64,000 bases of DNA. It comes from a virus. Lineage: Duplodnaviria; Caudoviricetes. A program made the translations under genes and the position numbers. The notes beneath the pieces were generated by a model. That model saw only the letters and a list, made by a program, of their open reading frames with translations. It did no database searches and was not told where the DNA came from. This document shows, piece after piece, positions 1 through 8,486 of the stretch. Where the stretch lies: IMG/VR virus record IMGVR_UViG_3300038345_000144, one strand, 5' to 3'. Every line of letters starts with the position of its first letter. Within the stretch, counting starts at the first letter, position 1.

Positions 1-231
1 GTTGATATTTGTTGCATTGAACCAAACATCATTACCAGCCTTGAGATTTTTCTCAAGTCTTTCGTAAAGCATAGAAAATACCAGTTCATTCTGGGACTGG
101 TCGTTCACATCGCCTAATTCAGCCCTAATACCATCTGAAGAAAGCACAATATCTGTGTCCTTCTTGTTATGTTCAATGTAATAGTCCTTTCCTGCACCAG
201 GAATTCCAACCATAATGTAAAGTGTTGACAT
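1..231 (-). CDS. PNK-like P-loop kinase (AAA_33 type), 3'-truncated by window edge
   Basis: Not in ORF track; manual translation MSTLYIMVGIPGAGKDYY...SSDGIRAELGDVNDQSQN...VWFNATNIN; close paralogue of 3958-4422. Confidence 0.8.
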   Translation of the reverse strand, partial: MSTLYIMVGIPGAGKDYYIEHNKKDTDIVLSSDGIRAELGDVNDQSQNELVFSMLYERLEKNLKAGNDVWFNATNIN

Positions 232-285
232 AAAATCTTCCTTTCAAATTACCCCCGCTTTGATTTTCTCTCTGCGGGGGCTGTT

Positions 286-528
286 TTATCCTATTTCGTC
301 AAAGGTAATCTGCTGTTTAGCGGGTTCCTTTGGCTTTCTTTTCTTGTCTTGGGGCTTATACGGCTTACCTGTCTCAACATCACCCAAATCAGATAGAGCA
401 AATCCTTTGCAGTTATTTGCCCTGTTTATGTCCTGTCGGGACATATGTAACTGCTTTTCAGGGTATTTTGAGCATCGGAAGTCGTCAGCCTCAAAACAAA
501 ACGCACAGTAGCGACAATATTGTTTCAT
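286..528 (-). CDS. small Cys-rich hypothetical protein
   Basis: AGGAGAG before MKQYCRYCAFC; C-terminal QITFDE. Confidence 0.65.
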   Translation of the reverse strand: MKQYCRYCAFCFEADDFRCSKYPEKQLHMSRQDINRANNCKGFALSDLGDVETGKPYKPQDKKRKPKEPAKQQITFDEIG

Positions 529-538
529 ATTGCTCTCC

Positions 539-1666
539 TTACACAATCTCGTTCATCCACTTAACAACTCTATCCATAGCGGAAAAGTTGAGTGACCTTC
601 TGATATAAGCGTCAGCAGTAACAGGCTCTTCTCTATCATTGTAATAGAAAGAAGTAGCCCACATTCCCCACTTCTGCTTTGCGTGAGCCTTAACGAAGGT
701 ATGTCTATCCATAACCTCGGCATCTGCCTTGCAGTAGTCGAAGTATGTCTCAATAGACTCTACCAATGCGTCAATCTTTGCCTCAACAGCGTCTACCTTC
801 TCCTTGAAGGAAGGAATATAAGTAGCAATCTCGTAGGCATTTCCCTCTCTGATGAACCAGATAATCTTCTTCTCGGAAGGGTTCTTATATGTAGAGCAAT
901 AGTGAGCCTGAATATAGTCAGGCGACTTTACCTTAACTCTATTCCAGTTTCCGTCTACTACTACATATCCCTCTCCGTTAAGAGCGTCTGCCTCGGCGTT
1001 CTCGTTCATCATCTTTGCAGAAGCAATACAGTCCTCAAGGGAGTTCAAATTGTACTCCTTTGGCTTCTTTACTCCAATATCAGTAACCAACTCAACACCA
1101 GTTGCATTACATCTTGTTCCAGTATGATAGATAGTTGTCTTCTCATAAGGAACAACAATAGTGCAGTCAGGTGATACCAACTCAAAGATATATGTGTTTG
1201 CAGGGTCAAGTCTGGAGTAGTCCAATGCTACATCCTTTGCTCCCTCGTCAAACAACTGTCCGAAAGACTTTCCAGTAGAAGTATAGGAACCTACATTAGC
1301 ATAAGCGTCAATAGTACCATTAGTAGCCAACTCCCACTTTCCATTGTAGAAATACAACTTCATAATGGAACCGTCTACCTTCTCCTGTACTCTTGCAGTA
1401 TTCCAGTCAATATGGTCAGCATAAGGCTCACCATAATTACCGAACTTTCTGAAAGGGAAGCATACTACATCAAGAGTGTTGAGGTCCAAAATGATACCTC
1501 TTGCCTCCTGAACGATAGGATTTGCAAAGTCGCATCCTATTCCATAGTTAAATATAGCCCTACCGTCGGCAGACTCCTTTACACCAATTCCCAAGTCCTC
1601 GAAGTCCTGTCTCCAATTAGCAGGGTGGTTTGAAATATAAGTAGCAATTAAAGAATTCTCGTTCAT
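539..1666 (-). CDS. T4 Rnl1-like RNA ligase
   Basis: ARGII, FxKFGN, motif I EKVDGS, FELVSP, EGYVV, RVKVKS; AAGGAG RBS before ATG 1666. Confidence 0.85.
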   Translation of the reverse strand: MNENSLIATYISNHPANWRQDFEDLGIGVKESADGRAIFNYGIGCDFANPIVQEARGIILDLNTLDVVCFPFRKFGNYGEPYADHIDWNTARVQEKVDGSIMKLYFYNGKWELATNGTIDAYANVGSYTSTGKSFGQLFDEGAKDVALDYSRLDPANTYIFELVSPDCTIVVPYEKTTIYHTGTRCNATGVELVTDIGVKKPKEYNLNSLEDCIASAKMMNENAEADALNGEGYVVVDGNWNRVKVKSPDYIQAHYCSTYKNPSEKKIIWFIREGNAYEIATYIPSFKEKVDAVEAKIDALVESIETYFDYCKADAEVMDRHTFVKAHAKQKWGMWATSFYYNDREEPVTADAYIRRSLNFSAMDRVVKWMNEIV

Positions 1667-1695
1667 AACAACATCTCCTTTTGTGTTATGAACAA

Positions 1696-1725
1696 ATGAT
1701 AGCATAACACATCAGGAGTTGTCAA
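1696..1725 (-). promoter_or_regulatory. sigma-A promoter of RNA ligase
   Basis: TTGACA-18-TATCAT with TG extension; -10 bracketed by 9-bp inverted repeat. Confidence 0.65.
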
Positions 1726-1751
1726 TAGGTTTAATAAGAAAATAAAGTAAA

Positions 1752-2522
1752 TTAAAGAGTATTTATATATTCGTCTTTAATTGGGTTTAACATAGTGAAC
1801 CCAATATACATAGAATTTTTACGGAATTTTACCCTAAAAAATAAGGGTTCTATTCCATAAGCCTGTAACTTTACCATAATCTTATCAGTTATTGCCGAAT
1901 TATAATACCAGTGTTTAGCGGCTTTTTTGGTTAATCTTTCACGAATAAAGAAATCTTCACCAGAAAATATAAAATGAAGACAGTGCTGACAAGGTTTGTG
2001 TACCCATACCCCGTCACCCATTTTATCGCCACAATTCTCCCAGTCCTCGAAGTTAACATCACCTTTATTTATGCCAAGTCCATATTCAAGAGGTACTTTC
2101 TGAAAAAACCAATCATTAGGGTAAATCTCACACGATGGTAAGTTATCATCGACATCCTCATAATCATATACATCATATTCAGATGTATAATAACACTCTA
2201 ACAAACACTCTGTCTTTTCAGGCTTCACGATTTCTTCAATATTGAAATCAGGTTTCTCAAATAAACCAATTTCAGGGTAATAAAACTTAAATCCAACCCA
2301 CCAGAAGTTATCATCGTCCATTACTAACTTCCCCAATGCGTTGTCTAACTCCTGCGGGGCATACTTTGATAAGATAAAATCTTCAAAGGCTTTAAGAATT
2401 AAATCAGTATTCTGGCGAACAAAATGAGACACCCTCATCATCTTTCTTTTGGGGGTCTCTGACTTACCCCATTCTTTATCCAGATTATCTTTTCTCACCC
2501 TTGCTAATTTGCATTTATCCAT
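1752..2522 (-). CDS. hypothetical protein
   Basis: 256-aa ORF; C-terminus resembles 5321-6139 and 59848-61101. Confidence 0.7.
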   Translation of the reverse strand: MDKCKLARVRKDNLDKEWGKSETPKRKMMRVSHFVRQNTDLILKAFEDFILSKYAPQELDNALGKLVMDDDNFWWVGFKFYYPEIGLFEKPDFNIEEIVKPEKTECLLECYYTSEYDVYDYEDVDDNLPSCEIYPNDWFFQKVPLEYGLGINKGDVNFEDWENCGDKMGDGVWVHKPCQHCLHFIFSGEDFFIRERLTKKAAKHWYYNSAITDKIMVKLQAYGIEPLFFRVKFRKNSMYIGFTMLNPIKDEYINTL

Positions 2523-2630
2523 ATTCGTACAACATTCCTTTCAAGTGAATATTTACATTGTATAATAATACAATTACCTTCGTAAATATTCATATTTAAC
2601 TTTAGTACACTAAAGTCCTCTATTCACAAG

Positions 2631-2713
2631 AAACCCCCAACCATAACTGGCGGGGGCTTCATCACCATAATAACAAGGAGGAAAGCATATGAAAACCATA
2701 AGATGCTTTCGCA
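2631..2713 (-). ncRNA. candidate small RNA with anti-SD segment
   Basis: TTGACC-18-TACTAT promoter at 2719-2748; hairpin, UUCCUCCUUGUU, then GC-rich terminator 2634-2656. Confidence 0.4.
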
Positions 2714-2731
2714 TAATTATAGTATCACACT

Positions 2732-3961
2732 TTATCCTTCGAGGTCAATAGTTTGATTTGATTTCTTCCTATTTTTAACTAAAAAGATACAAAGTAAGAG
2801 TGAAACTACATAAAGTACCGTAGCCACAGATACTATCAATAAGTAATTGTCATTAGACGCTTTAAGCAGTAACTCGGAGGTATTGTTACCTGTAATACCC
2901 GCAACTGCCCACGCTGACAGGGTGATACCGTGAATTTTTGAGATATTCTTCATACCAAAGCGGGACTCAAGGAGTGCAGGTAGCGTGGAGAAACCACCAC
3001 CGTAGCCCAAATTAACAATCATTAACAGGGCAATAATCAGGAACCCGTCATAGCCCGCAATACCCGTAACCATACAGATTACAATGCAAGATATGAAGAT
3101 AATCAGGTAAACCGTGCTTCTATCCTTCATCTTATCAGACACCGTAGAGTAGCCGATACGACCAAGAGCGTTACATACAGCAGTTACCGACGGTACTACA
3201 CTGATAATGGTAGCCAAGATTGCCATTCCTGCAAAAGTAGTGTTCAAAAACTGCTTCTCATAGGTAATAAGCATCAGACCGCAGTGAATATTCAGGTAGA
3301 AAATGAGCCAAATACCAATGAAGGTCTTGTTCTTAAACAGGGACTTAACCTGAAATTCGTTATTTGTAGCCTTATTTTCGACCCAACCTTCAGGCTTTTT
3401 CAGGAGAAGGTGTCCAGCGAACATCATTATGAAGTAAATACCGCCTAAAATTATAAACATAGCGGAAATACCTACCGTATTCTGGAGATATTCCATTATA
3501 GGAGTAGCAATAGCCTTTGCCAGACCAAATCCCATAATAGAAATGCCCGTTGCCAAGCCCTTATTGTCCTTAAACCATAACATCAAGGTCTTAACAGGGG
3601 TTAAATAACCAATTCCCAGACCAATTCCCATAATACAGCCGTAACAGATATACAGCAAAATCAGGGCTAACGGTCCAGTGCAAAATTTTATAGTAAGTCC
3701 AGTACCAATCATACCTGTTGTGAAGCAAATCGCTGAAATCAACGAGGATTTATGGATGTTTAACTCCACCAATTTGCCCGCAAAGGCGGCAGACATTCCC
3801 AAGAAGAATATTGCCAGTGAAAACGCCCAACCAACAGCAAACGGGGACATCCCTATCGCTGTGGCGATACTCTGCTTAAAGGTACTCCAGCAATAAACCG
3901 TTCCGATTGAACAGTGAATGAGCAACGCTGGAATTGCCGACCTAATCCATTTTTCCATCAA
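2732..3961 (-). CDS. MFS transporter, oxalate:formate antiporter (OFA) family
   Basis: ~12 hydrophobic segments; CSIGTVYCWS, GIGLGIGYLTPVKTLMLWF..KGLATG, GYGGGFSTLPA, IHGITLSAWA. Confidence 0.85.
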   Translation of the reverse strand: MMEKWIRSAIPALLIHCSIGTVYCWSTFKQSIATAIGMSPFAVGWAFSLAIFFLGMSAAFAGKLVELNIHKSSLISAICFTTGMIGTGLTIKFCTGPLALILLYICYGCIMGIGLGIGYLTPVKTLMLWFKDNKGLATGISIMGFGLAKAIATPIMEYLQNTVGISAMFIILGGIYFIMMFAGHLLLKKPEGWVENKATNNEFQVKSLFKNKTFIGIWLIFYLNIHCGLMLITYEKQFLNTTFAGMAILATIISVVPSVTAVCNALGRIGYSTVSDKMKDRSTVYLIIFISCIVICMVTGIAGYDGFLIIALLMIVNLGYGGGFSTLPALLESRFGMKNISKIHGITLSAWAVAGITGNNTSELLLKASNDNYLLIVSVATVLYVVSLLLCIFLVKNRKKSNQTIDLEG

Positions 3962-4422
3962 TCTGCCTCCACTTCTACACCGTTAACTATAATTTTTATC
4001 TCTGAAAAGCCCTCTTCAATGGACGGGTTCTCAAATCTACGAGCAAATTTCTGGATAACTTCCCTACCAACCTTACGGTCACGGAGGTCCTCGTTAGAGA
4101 TACATCTCTCCGTAGGGGTAGCCATTACAACGCCAATAATCTTGGCATTATACTTCTTTCCCAGTGAAATTGCCCTCGACCTGTTATCAACGGTAACATT
4201 TGTGGCGTTAAACCACACATTTTTACCCTCCGAGAGAGCCTTTTCTACTCTTTCATACAACATCTGGAAGACTAATTTATTCTTTGTCTGGTCATTTACA
4301 TCTCCCAGTTCCTCTCTGATACCATCGGAGGAACAAACAACATCGCCGTCCTGCTGGTGAGTGCCAATATACCAGTCTTTGCCACTACCAGGTACGCCAA
4401 TCATAATATACAGGTTTCCCAC
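3958..4422 (-). CDS. PNK-like P-loop kinase (AAA_33 type)
   Basis: MIGVPGSGKD, SSDGIR, NATN, RxxRDRKV, PSIEEGF. Confidence 0.8.
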   Translation of the reverse strand: MGNLYIMIGVPGSGKDWYIGTHQQDGDVVCSSDGIREELGDVNDQTKNKLVFQMLYERVEKALSEGKNVWFNATNVTVDNRSRAISLGKKYNAKIIGVVMATPTERCISNEDLRDRKVGREVIQKFARRFENPSIEEGFSEIKIIVNGVEVEAD

Positions 4423-4426
4423 ATAC

Positions 4427-4831
4427 TTACCTCGCTTTTTTAATTGCTAAAATACCATCATCAATCATAGATGTTAACCAACGGATTGTATTTACCTGAA
4501 CATTCAGGTCCATCCAGTTCTCGATTTCCTTCATATCGTAGAACTTTTCAAACTCGTAGCCACACATTCCACCATAACAAGTGAAATGGAAGTCTACTTT
4601 GTTGTCATCTTCCCTGAAACCTATCCAGAATTCATCTTCATCATTGAAATTTTTATTAGAATTAGGCTCCTGACAGCCTTCCAGATGGCAATACCAGGTT
4701 CCGTTGGTCATAGCCTCGTTTTGCCAAGTCTTTTCTTTCAATCTCTCCCAATCCATTATAACCAATTTCGTGATTGATTTGGGAGTTAATTTGTATTTAT
4801 TAGGGTACTGTGTAAATAATTTTGTATTCAT
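4427..4831 (-). CDS. hypothetical protein
   Basis: 134-aa ORF in operon. Confidence 0.7.
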   Translation of the reverse strand: MNTKLFTQYPNKYKLTPKSITKLVIMDWERLKEKTWQNEAMTNGTWYCHLEGCQEPNSNKNFNDEDEFWIGFREDDNKVDFHFTCYGGMCGYEFEKFYDMKEIENWMDLNVQVNTIRWLTSMIDDGILAIKKAR

Positions 4832-4846
4832 AGAAATATTCCTTTC

Positions 4847-5233
4847 TTACTCTAACGGTTCTGCTATACAAACTCTTTCTTTGCCATTGGGCATAGTGAG
4901 ATATGTCCAGTATTTAGGGGTTGCACCTTTCCTGAAACGGAGCAACCTTTCTTCATTATTGTCGTCAAAGATATACCAGCCGTCCTCTTCTACCTCGTAA
5001 GTAGCGTCGTACAAATCAGCGAGGGCTAACATCAAGTTAGTAACAGGGCTTTTTGGTAAATCATTGGAGATGTCCCTCTCTACATTGAGTAAAGTACCCT
5101 TTTTCAGGTAGTACAGGTAGGGAGCAATATCCTCAAACCCGTCTACATCATAAAGTCCCATCACCTCTCTGTTTTCTTCAGGGAGTTCCTCGGAGGTTAA
5201 ATGCCACTGCATCATAACAACATTCTTCATCAT
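4847..5233 (-). CDS. hypothetical protein
   Basis: 128-aa ORF, RBS. Confidence 0.65.
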   Translation of the reverse strand: MMKNVVMMQWHLTSEELPEENREVMGLYDVDGFEDIAPYLYYLKKGTLLNVERDISNDLPKSPVTNLMLALADLYDATYEVEEDGWYIFDDNNEERLLRFRKGATPKYWTYLTMPNGKERVCIAEPLE

Positions 5234-5320
5234 TGTTCGTAAGTTCCTTTCATTTATTTATATACATATGTAATATGAGGACAAATGTGGCATTTGTAAA
5301 CCCTCTTTTTTGTAAATTTT

Positions 5321-6139
5321 TTATTGTGCATTAGCAATCGGGTTCTTTATAGTTATATAATAACTAATCGAAACATCGTGATAGTAATGATAGAATGTTC
5401 TTCTCTTTATTTTAGTAACCGTAAGCCCATATTCAGTCAGTCTATCCTTAATCTTCTCCATAATATGATGTTGTTTAAGCCATCTTTTCAGGGAACTCGT
5501 AGACGCATAAAACATTGGACAGTCGGTTTTACTGCCTCCGTAACCACGCCTAAAAGCCAAATAAAAGTCATTAGGGCATTGTCCATAATCCTTAAAATTA
5601 ACAGGACAAACCCAAAATTTGCTGTGCTTTAATAGGTCTAACCACTCAAAATCACCATTACGGTTTAATCTACGGTTATTGTCCCACTTATCAAACTCAT
5701 ACATTACCCCATTAAATACTAATTTTTCAGTAACCGTGTCATTATAGGGAAGTTCTAATTCTCGAACTGCTCGTCCACCAACTCCAGATACCTGAAATAA
5801 ATGGATAAATTGTTTTGTACCCATTCCTGCATTGTCCATAATTTTAGGAGCATCGCATCGAACCTCCAGTTCCCAGAGGGGCTTATTTGCAATTTTAGAA
5901 GAAGAGGCACACTGTTTCATTAGGTTATCTAACGCCTCATCAGTTATCTGTTCAAGAATAAACTCTTCATATCCCTCAAACGCCAGATTATCGAGGTCCG
6001 TGAAAAACTTATCAATATCTGCTTTGATTTTTTCCTGCTCTGCTATCTTACGAGCCTGCTTTTCATCTCTTTTCTGCTGGGCTTCATCTCTAACCTGTAT
6101 TAACTCATTTGTTTTAATCATATAAATATACCTCTCCAT
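5321..6139 (-). CDS. hypothetical protein
   Basis: 272-aa ORF with upstream promoter; start may be the second Met. Confidence 0.7.
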   Translation of the reverse strand: MERYIYMIKTNELIQVRDEAQQKRDEKQARKIAEQEKIKADIDKFFTDLDNLAFEGYEEFILEQITDEALDNLMKQCASSSKIANKPLWELEVRCDAPKIMDNAGMGTKQFIHLFQVSGVGGRAVRELELPYNDTVTEKLVFNGVMYEFDKWDNNRRLNRNGDFEWLDLLKHSKFWVCPVNFKDYGQCPNDFYLAFRRGYGGSKTDCPMFYASTSSLKRWLKQHHIMEKIKDRLTEYGLTVTKIKRRTFYHYYHDVSISYYITIKNPIANAQ

Positions 6140-6157
6140 TATAATAGGGTAGTTCTG

Positions 6158-6187
6158 ATTATATCAAATCTACCCTATATATGTAAA
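6158..6187 (-). promoter_or_regulatory. sigma-A promoter
   Basis: TTTACA-18-TATAAT, TG extension, -10 bracketed by inverted repeat. Confidence 0.6.
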
Positions 6188-6203
6188 TGGTTATAATTAT
6201 CAA

Positions 6204-6587
6204 TCAACTTTTCAATTTTTCGACGATGCTTTCCAACTTTCTATTGAAGTGGTCCTTTGTGCAGGTCTGATATTCTTCATAAAACTGCTTAAGCGGGTCA
6301 TCATAATTAACCGCCCTACTAAATAGGGTAGTTTTATCAATAGTATCATCTTCTAAAACAACAACTGGGATTTGATACGGATTAAATTCAAAGCCCACGG
6401 AGAACATTTGCTCCTGTGGGACATCTATTACCTTATAAACAGTACCTTTACTGATTACGCAGGCTCCAACTAAAACCTTCAGTTTTTCCTGCTGTTCTGC
6501 CATTAACTGTTTTTCTAAATGAAAACGCTCGTTTCTTAAATCCTGTATCTGCTCATCAATTTCGTCAATTCTATCTTCTGTATTCAT
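6204..6587 (-). CDS. hypothetical protein, N-terminal coiled coil
   Basis: GGAGAG RBS before ATG 6587. Confidence 0.65.
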   Translation of the reverse strand: MNTEDRIDEIDEQIQDLRNERFHLEKQLMAEQQEKLKVLVGACVISKGTVYKVIDVPQEQMFSVGFEFNPYQIPVVVLEDDTIDKTTLFSRAVNYDDPLKQFYEEYQTCTKDHFNRKLESIVEKLKS

Positions 6588-6591
6588 TAAA

Positions 6592-6975
6592 TTACTCTCC
6601 AAATACATATTCAGCAATCTGTCTACGCTCACATTCGGCAATAAATTCATCTTCCGAACTGGCTGAAAATCCTGTTTCACAGCGATTTCCCTTAATATCT
6701 TTATAAAACTGACTGAATGTGTATAGTCTTTTCTTATTTTTCAGGTATTCTACCTTAATAATCACGGATTTATATGATGGGAACTTATAAGTGATACGAC
6801 CCACGCAGGCGGGATTATCATTTTTATCTTCTTCCTCATCTATTTCTTCCTGATTTTCCTCATCATCATCTTCGTCATCATAAGCGGGTTTGATGTATTC
6901 GTTTTTAGAACGGGACTTCGCCCAAACAATATCCTTCTCTTTAAGCCAATTTTCAATCTTAAGAGGTCTTATCAT
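6592..6975 (-). CDS. hypothetical protein with acidic insert
   Basis: 127-aa ORF with RBS and promoter. Confidence 0.6.
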   Translation of the reverse strand: MIRPLKIENWLKEKDIVWAKSRSKNEYIKPAYDDEDDDEENQEEIDEEEDKNDNPACVGRITYKFPSYKSVIIKVEYLKNKKRLYTFSQFYKDIKGNRCETGFSASSEDEFIAECERRQIAEYVFGE

Positions 6976-7012
6976 AGACTTTCCTTTCTTTGGTTACTCG
7001 CTCTCTTTTTTC

Positions 7013-7041
7013 AGTGTAGCATATCCTGGTCAAATTGTAAA
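7013..7041 (-). promoter_or_regulatory. sigma-A promoter
   Basis: TTTACA-17-TACACT with TG extension. Confidence 0.6.
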
Positions 7042-7127
7042 TAAAAAAATCAACTAACTCGGAAAAACTTGTTTATATCATATTACTTAAACAAGTTCAA
7101 GGCAAGTATTACCCAGAAGTTTTAGTC

Positions 7128-7167
7128 AAAAAATGATATAGGCACGGGGAGAACTTCCGTGCCTATA
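7128..7167 (-). terminator. intrinsic terminator of large ncRNA
   Basis: 11-bp stem TATAGGCACGG/CCGTGCCTATA followed by T-tract on minus strand. Confidence 0.75.
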
Positions 7168-7191
7168 CCTATTGAGAGGAGAATACTGTAC

Positions 7192-7793
7192 GATTTGTAC
7201 CTTGAAAACTATATATAAAGAACGAGCCTTCGCTCTACCCGACTATATCTTCACTGTTATTAGGTCACATACGAAGTACAGGCTGTGCAACAGGGAGCTA
7301 CCCTATTACATCTGTACCCCACCTTGCGGTCAAGGTATGGGGGGAGTGCTTACCCCCACCTTTCAGGGACCATTCAGCAATTTCCTAAAGATACATTCGT
7401 AAATGTAAGAAGTTGCCCTTACCCTACTCGGAAAGTTCGCAAGTGTTATATCAGCATTTCTGCTGTTTCACGGCAAATCCCCTTATTGATATTCCCAAAG
7501 GTGTCAAACAGTCATCGGCTAATCGTCCTTTTTGGGTTCTTCTAACCTTTCGGGTTAGCGTCTATTACGGAGACCACTCGCTCTCTACCCTACAATGCAA
7601 TATAGTGAGTGCCATACCTTTTACTTATGACCTTTTGAGTCTTCACCTAACCCATCGCTGAATTAGGTGCGGACCACCTTTACTGGCTATCGTCAGTATC
7701 AGTGCCGAGCACTTTTCGGTATGCCTCGACGAAGGTGGTCAACCCCCGTCTGCATCGAGTTGTAAATTATATACAGATTTCAAGGTGCAAATC
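7192..7793 (-). ncRNA. large (~600 nt) structured ncRNA, ROOL-like candidate
   Basis: No credible ORF; 27-nt terminal arms 7192-7218/7767-7793 pair (24/27 Watson-Crick); many tetraloop hairpins; own promoter and terminator. Confidence 0.7.
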
Positions 7794-7828
7794 TTCAAAT
7801 CGAGGTTGTGCCTCAATTCGATAATGGT

Positions 7829-7857
7829 ATCTTAACACAACACTTTTACCTTGTAAA
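7829..7857 (-). promoter_or_regulatory. strong sigma-A promoter of ncRNA
   Basis: TTTACA-17-TAAGAT, TG extension, A/T-tract UP element 7861-7895. Confidence 0.7.
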
Positions 7858-7889
7858 GTGTTTTTTGAAAATTTTTTCAAATTTTTTTC

Positions 7890-7922
7890 AAAAAATCCCC
7901 CATAGCCTAAAAACTACGGGGG
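7890..7922 (-). terminator. intrinsic terminator after lipoprotein gene
   Basis: CCCCCGTAG/CTATGGGGG stem plus T-tract. Confidence 0.65.
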
Positions 7923-7931
7923 AGAAATTGT

Positions 7932-8486
7932 TTAATCAGTTTTAATTAAAGCCTGAACATCGGCAAGTTCTGTATTTATATAATACCTATAAAAGAACTG
8001 GGTATCATAAGCATTATAGATGTCTCTGGTATAATTTGTGTCCTGATGTTCGCAGTCAGGGCATCCAATCCACGAAATCTCTAAAACATATACATTTCCG
8101 TCATTCGGGAAGATGTCCGACAACTTATATCTTTGACCATTCAGGTTCGCAATATCATATTCGCAGTAGTCATCAAAAGCACTTCCAAGAGGGGTACTGA
8201 CTATGTAATTGTACTGGGCAGTGAATTCCTCAACAGGAATATCTCCTCTTATAAGTCCCAAAACCTTACCTTGTGTGCAAATCAGGTATGAGGGAACCCA
8301 GTTGAGTCCGACACCATCTTCGTTCATCATCCATAAGTCAAAGTCTGACTTGTTTTTAGGATTATCACACACAAAAACGTGAGATTGCACCATTTCGTGA
8401 TGAGGTTCGTAGGTGTTTGGTCTGCCACACGAACATAGCCCGACCACTATTGCCAATGTTAAAAATAATGCTGTTATCTTTCTCAT
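7932..8486 (-). CDS. lipoprotein with circularly permuted thioredoxin/TlpA-like domain
   Basis: Signal peptide with lipobox LCSC; WVPSYLI..GKV...RG precedes NLNGQRYKLSD...WIGCPDC. Confidence 0.6.
   Translation of the reverse strand: MRKITALFLTLAIVVGLCSCGRPNTYEPHHEMVQSHVFVCDNPKNKSDFDLWMMNEDGVGLNWVPSYLICTQGKVLGLIRGDIPVEEFTAQYNYIVSTPLGSAFDDYCEYDIANLNGQRYKLSDIFPNDGNVYVLEISWIGCPDCEHQDTNYTRDIYNAYDTQFFYRYYINTELADVQALIKTD

Noticed and set aside
7172-7661. Three overlapping plus-strand ORFs in the gap
   Set aside because: The region has minus-strand promoter, terminator and helices; the ORFs overlap each other and look non-coding
7192-7793. Group I/II intron, tmRNA or RNase P as the identity of the RNA
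   Set aside because: It does not interrupt a gene, and I could not see GUGCG/domain V, tRNA-like ends or RNase P conserved motifs; cmscan is needed for certainty
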